Source: Amoebidium appalachense
Taxonomy: Eukaryota > Protista > Ichthyosporea
Direction of reading: 5' to 3'
NCBI GenBank assembly: GCA_963693365.1
Contig: CAVNZM010000001.1
Coordinates: forward strand, 11,372,161 to 11,436,160
Length of the DNA stretch: 64,000 nucleotides
The notes under the pieces are model-generated. The model was given only the letters and a program-made list of their open reading frames with translations, searched no databases and was not told where the DNA came from. This document shows, one piece after another, positions 60,942 through 64,000 of this stretch. The number at the start of each line of letters is the position of its first letter. Positions within the stretch are counted from its first letter, which is position 1. The position numbers were made by a program, and so were the translations under genes.

Positions 60942-63085
60942 ATGGCTGGCATGGACCTTGACCTAGAGGTTGCTTATGAGGCCGCATGGGTGGAGACTGC
61001 ACCCATGGATGTAGAGGAGTGCACTGTTGAGGTTACCATGCTTGAGAACGGAGACGTTTCAATTGTAGCCGAAACTTCAGAAGGATTCTCTTGTGATGAC
61101 GACCTTGTGTCCGTGTCCGTCGAGTACGAGCTTGAGTCCACGGAGGATGCAGAGGGAGAGTTCACACCCATTCTTCAACGAGGGGGCAAGGTTTGTATTC
61201 CGGGGGGAAACCCCCGTTACCCCTTAGGGTGTCTTGGTCTGGGAGGTTGGTGGCGTAGCCGGTGACGGCTTAAGTTTTCGAGTTACCGGTAACTCGTAAC
61301 TAAATATACGCTTTCCACTTTGTGGAATCTTGTTACCACTTGAGCATGGTTCTTAGCCCAGCTCGTGGGCCAACCTTCCATTTATAGACCCACCCTGTAG
61401 CTCTGGTGTGAAAACCCAAAAAAGAGCGTTTATACCCACGGTGCCAAACAGAACATTTCTATGTTTCTGTCTGGTACGTATGTGGTGTTGGCCTCTTGTG
61501 CCATGGGGTAAAGTGTGAGTGCCGTAGTGCCTCAGTGTTGGGTCACGGTGGCCTGTATTCTGGCCTGACCCTGGTTGAAGGTAACTATCGTGCTTGCTCG
61601 GTCCCCGCGTGTGCACCTTTGTTTGGATTGCTCCTGTTTTCACTTGTTGGGTCAGATCCCTCGTAGTTTCCTGTGTGGTCTTTGATTGCAAACACGGTTC
61701 TTGTGTGCCTTGGGCCTTGCTAACGTGAATGCTTCTGCTCCTTTGTTGCAATCCTTCTCTTCATTATGCTCATACTCTTTTGAGTGCTCTTGGTCTTTGC
61801 CTCACATGCAGCTGCTGTAACAACCGTTTGGTTTCTGTTTCCTTACGGCCTGTTTTCTACAGAAGCACCTCAGGAGGCAAAAGAGTGTTACCTTCCGTGA
61901 CGAGGTTGAAATCTTCTACATTGAAAATGCAAACACCGGCCGTAAAGTTAGTGAGATTTGCTCTCCGAAAAAGGCCCCTGCCCCGTCTGCAAATAAGAAA
62001 ATCTATCGCTGCGAGACGGCAAATGGGCCACTGTTCATTGAAATGGATGATATTGCTGTCGAGTACCTGAGGTATGTTTTCATCCCTTTCTGTCAGTCCC
62101 CACGTACCCTTCTCTCTGCTTCTTGCATCGGTTCTTCTGTTCTCAAAGCTTAGTGCAAAGCTGAGCACGTACTTCCTTATGTATGGGTCATTCCCATGTA
62201 CCCTACTGGTGTTCCGGTATAATGCTGTTTCTGTCTTGAGGTTGAATTCTGCAGTTGTGAATGCTGGTACTTCTGTTAAGAATCTCTGGCTGCATTTGTC
62301 ATTCAATCACGTTTGGGAATCGTTGCCATTCGTCATCGGTTTGCCTGTCGTTAATGACTCTTGGACTCACTGTTCTCCTTCCACCCCACAGCTATATCCA
62401 GCACGAAAGGAATTGCGGCCGCCAGGTTGTTGTCACCGACTTTTTCAAGGAGGCACGCCAGTACGCCGAGGCCTGCAAACAGGCCGAAGAAGCGTCGATG
62501 ACAGCCATGTGTGACGATGACTCCTCGGATATGGACCTTTACAGCGCAAGCAAGCAGCGCTATAGACCCCCTCGTCACAGCCGGAAATTCCAGCAGCAGC
62601 AGCAGAAAAACAATGGTGGTGTGAGGACGAAGAACCCCCACCAGCAATACGAAAACCAACACGGGGCCGGGAGCGAAGAGGATTGCAACAGCGATCCAGA
62701 CATTCCCTCGGCTTCGGTAGCCAAGGAAGAAGGGTCCCCCTCTGGGAGCCCGCGTACGTCGCACAGGCAGGGAAGGCGCACGAGCGCCCCTCATAGACAG
62801 ACGCAATGCCACAATGGCGACCATCAATCGCAGTGGGCGTGTGGGCAACAAGACACGCTCGTCTACAAGCAACGCCAACGCTTTTCGCAGATTGTTCCTC
62901 CCGCTTTCAAAAATGCCGCGCCGCAGAACACGCCTTCGGTTCAGCCAAGTCAGGTGTATGGGGCCGGGGCACAGTATAGCCAGGGGTGGCAGAGAAAGCA
63001 AAGTATCCCCCCATCAAATGCGAAACAGACCCCCCCTCGCGGCGGACGGCAGCAGCAGCAGCGTTTTTCAAGGTCACTCAAGTAG
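60942..63085 (+). CDS. Hypothetical ~383-aa protein with acidic N-terminus, RVxF-type PP1-docking motif and Q-rich disordered C-terminus, 3 exons
   Basis: Exons 60942-61190, 61863-62071, 62392-63085 join in frame with GT-AG; junction reads FTPILQRGGK-KHLRRQKSVTFRDEVEIFYIEN. Confidence 0.75.
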
Positions 63086-64000
63086 GTTTGCGACTGTATT
63101 TTCGAAGAGATTTTTACGGGAGTTTTGAAATTGTCGTTAAAGTCTCATCTGGCTTATTTTGTATTGGGTATCGTTTGTAATGGATGTTTGATGGTAGTTT
63201 CCCGTTCTCCCACTCCTTGTTTTTCACGTGACCATATGCGAAGCTCAAATTTTTCTGATTATGTAGGTATTTTTCTGGACACATGAGGTTTCACTTCCCT
63301 TTTATCTTTTGTTTCCATTTTTGATGGATGGATGATATACATATAATGAGCAGGTATGATAGAAGAAATGTATGATTTTTATGGCTTTTGATAGGCTGTG
63401 AGCAGGCCTTTTGATTTTTTCTGTGTCAGTGTACAAGGAGTTTAGGTGAGAGTTGTGCAAATTATCTTCGACCCGTTAGCCGACCCGAGAAGCCACCCAC
63501 CCATGCTCGAAAAGAAGCGAGAATTCTGGTCTTAGAACAAAGCGGATATATCCCCGCTTGTGGCCAATGTGTGCACGTGTTTATTCACGTGGCGTCATTT
63601 GGGGTGACGTCATCGTGTGCCACCGTGCCTGAAGCACGTGATTGGGGCTGGTTCCCCCCTGTGGACCAATAAATCCCCCCTTGGTGCTATGATATATTTT
63701 AATCGGAAAGTCAAGATATTGTGCAGTATCCATTTCAACGTGTCTTTGCCCCCCCCCCCCCCCCCCCTTTTTTTTTTTTTTTTTGACCGCTTTCATGGTG
63801 CGTTGTTTTCTGGAACTTGTACTGCTCCGTCACGACCTGTGTTCAAACTCCCCTTTTCTTTCGATGAGTCACTTGAGTTCCCCCTGGGGGGTGCACTTAT
63901 TATGTTTTTGCTCAGTGGAAAACCTGCATTGTGCACGTGTTGTCCATTGCACATGTGTGCCTTGTATGCTCTGTAGACGTAACACGGTACACATTCTTCT

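Overview
Intron-rich eukaryotic nuclear DNA, probably from a unicellular lineage; the PFKFB and TMEM267 proteins look holozoan-like, but that is inference only. Introns are filled with poly-C/poly-G runs, (CA)n/(TG)n and (GA)n repeats, so most long ORFs in the supplied track are spurious. Gene models built by hand from splice sites and reading phase: a BTB-BACK-MATH gene and its decayed tandem paralog (-), a 14-exon PFK-2/FBPase-2 (+), a TMEM267-like gene (-), a multi-pass membrane protein (+), a helical-repeat/RAP-domain protein (-), an unassigned exon (-) and a protein with PP1-docking motifs (+). Two signals stand out. (1) A ~400-nt non-coding interspersed element occurs as 9 copies or fragments, lies sense to its host gene wherever the host is established, has one fixed end abutting poly-C and a variably truncated other end, and has a fold with a possible pseudoknot supported by compensatory changes; it looks like a poly(C)-tailed or poly(C)-targeting retroposon. 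(2) Intron architecture is unusual: poly-C follows weak 5' splice sites, many acceptors are (CA)n-G with no pyrimidine tract, some introns could fold back, and there are two GAG|GCATG donors. No rRNA, tRNA or CRISPR array was recognised. All alignments and folds were done by eye.
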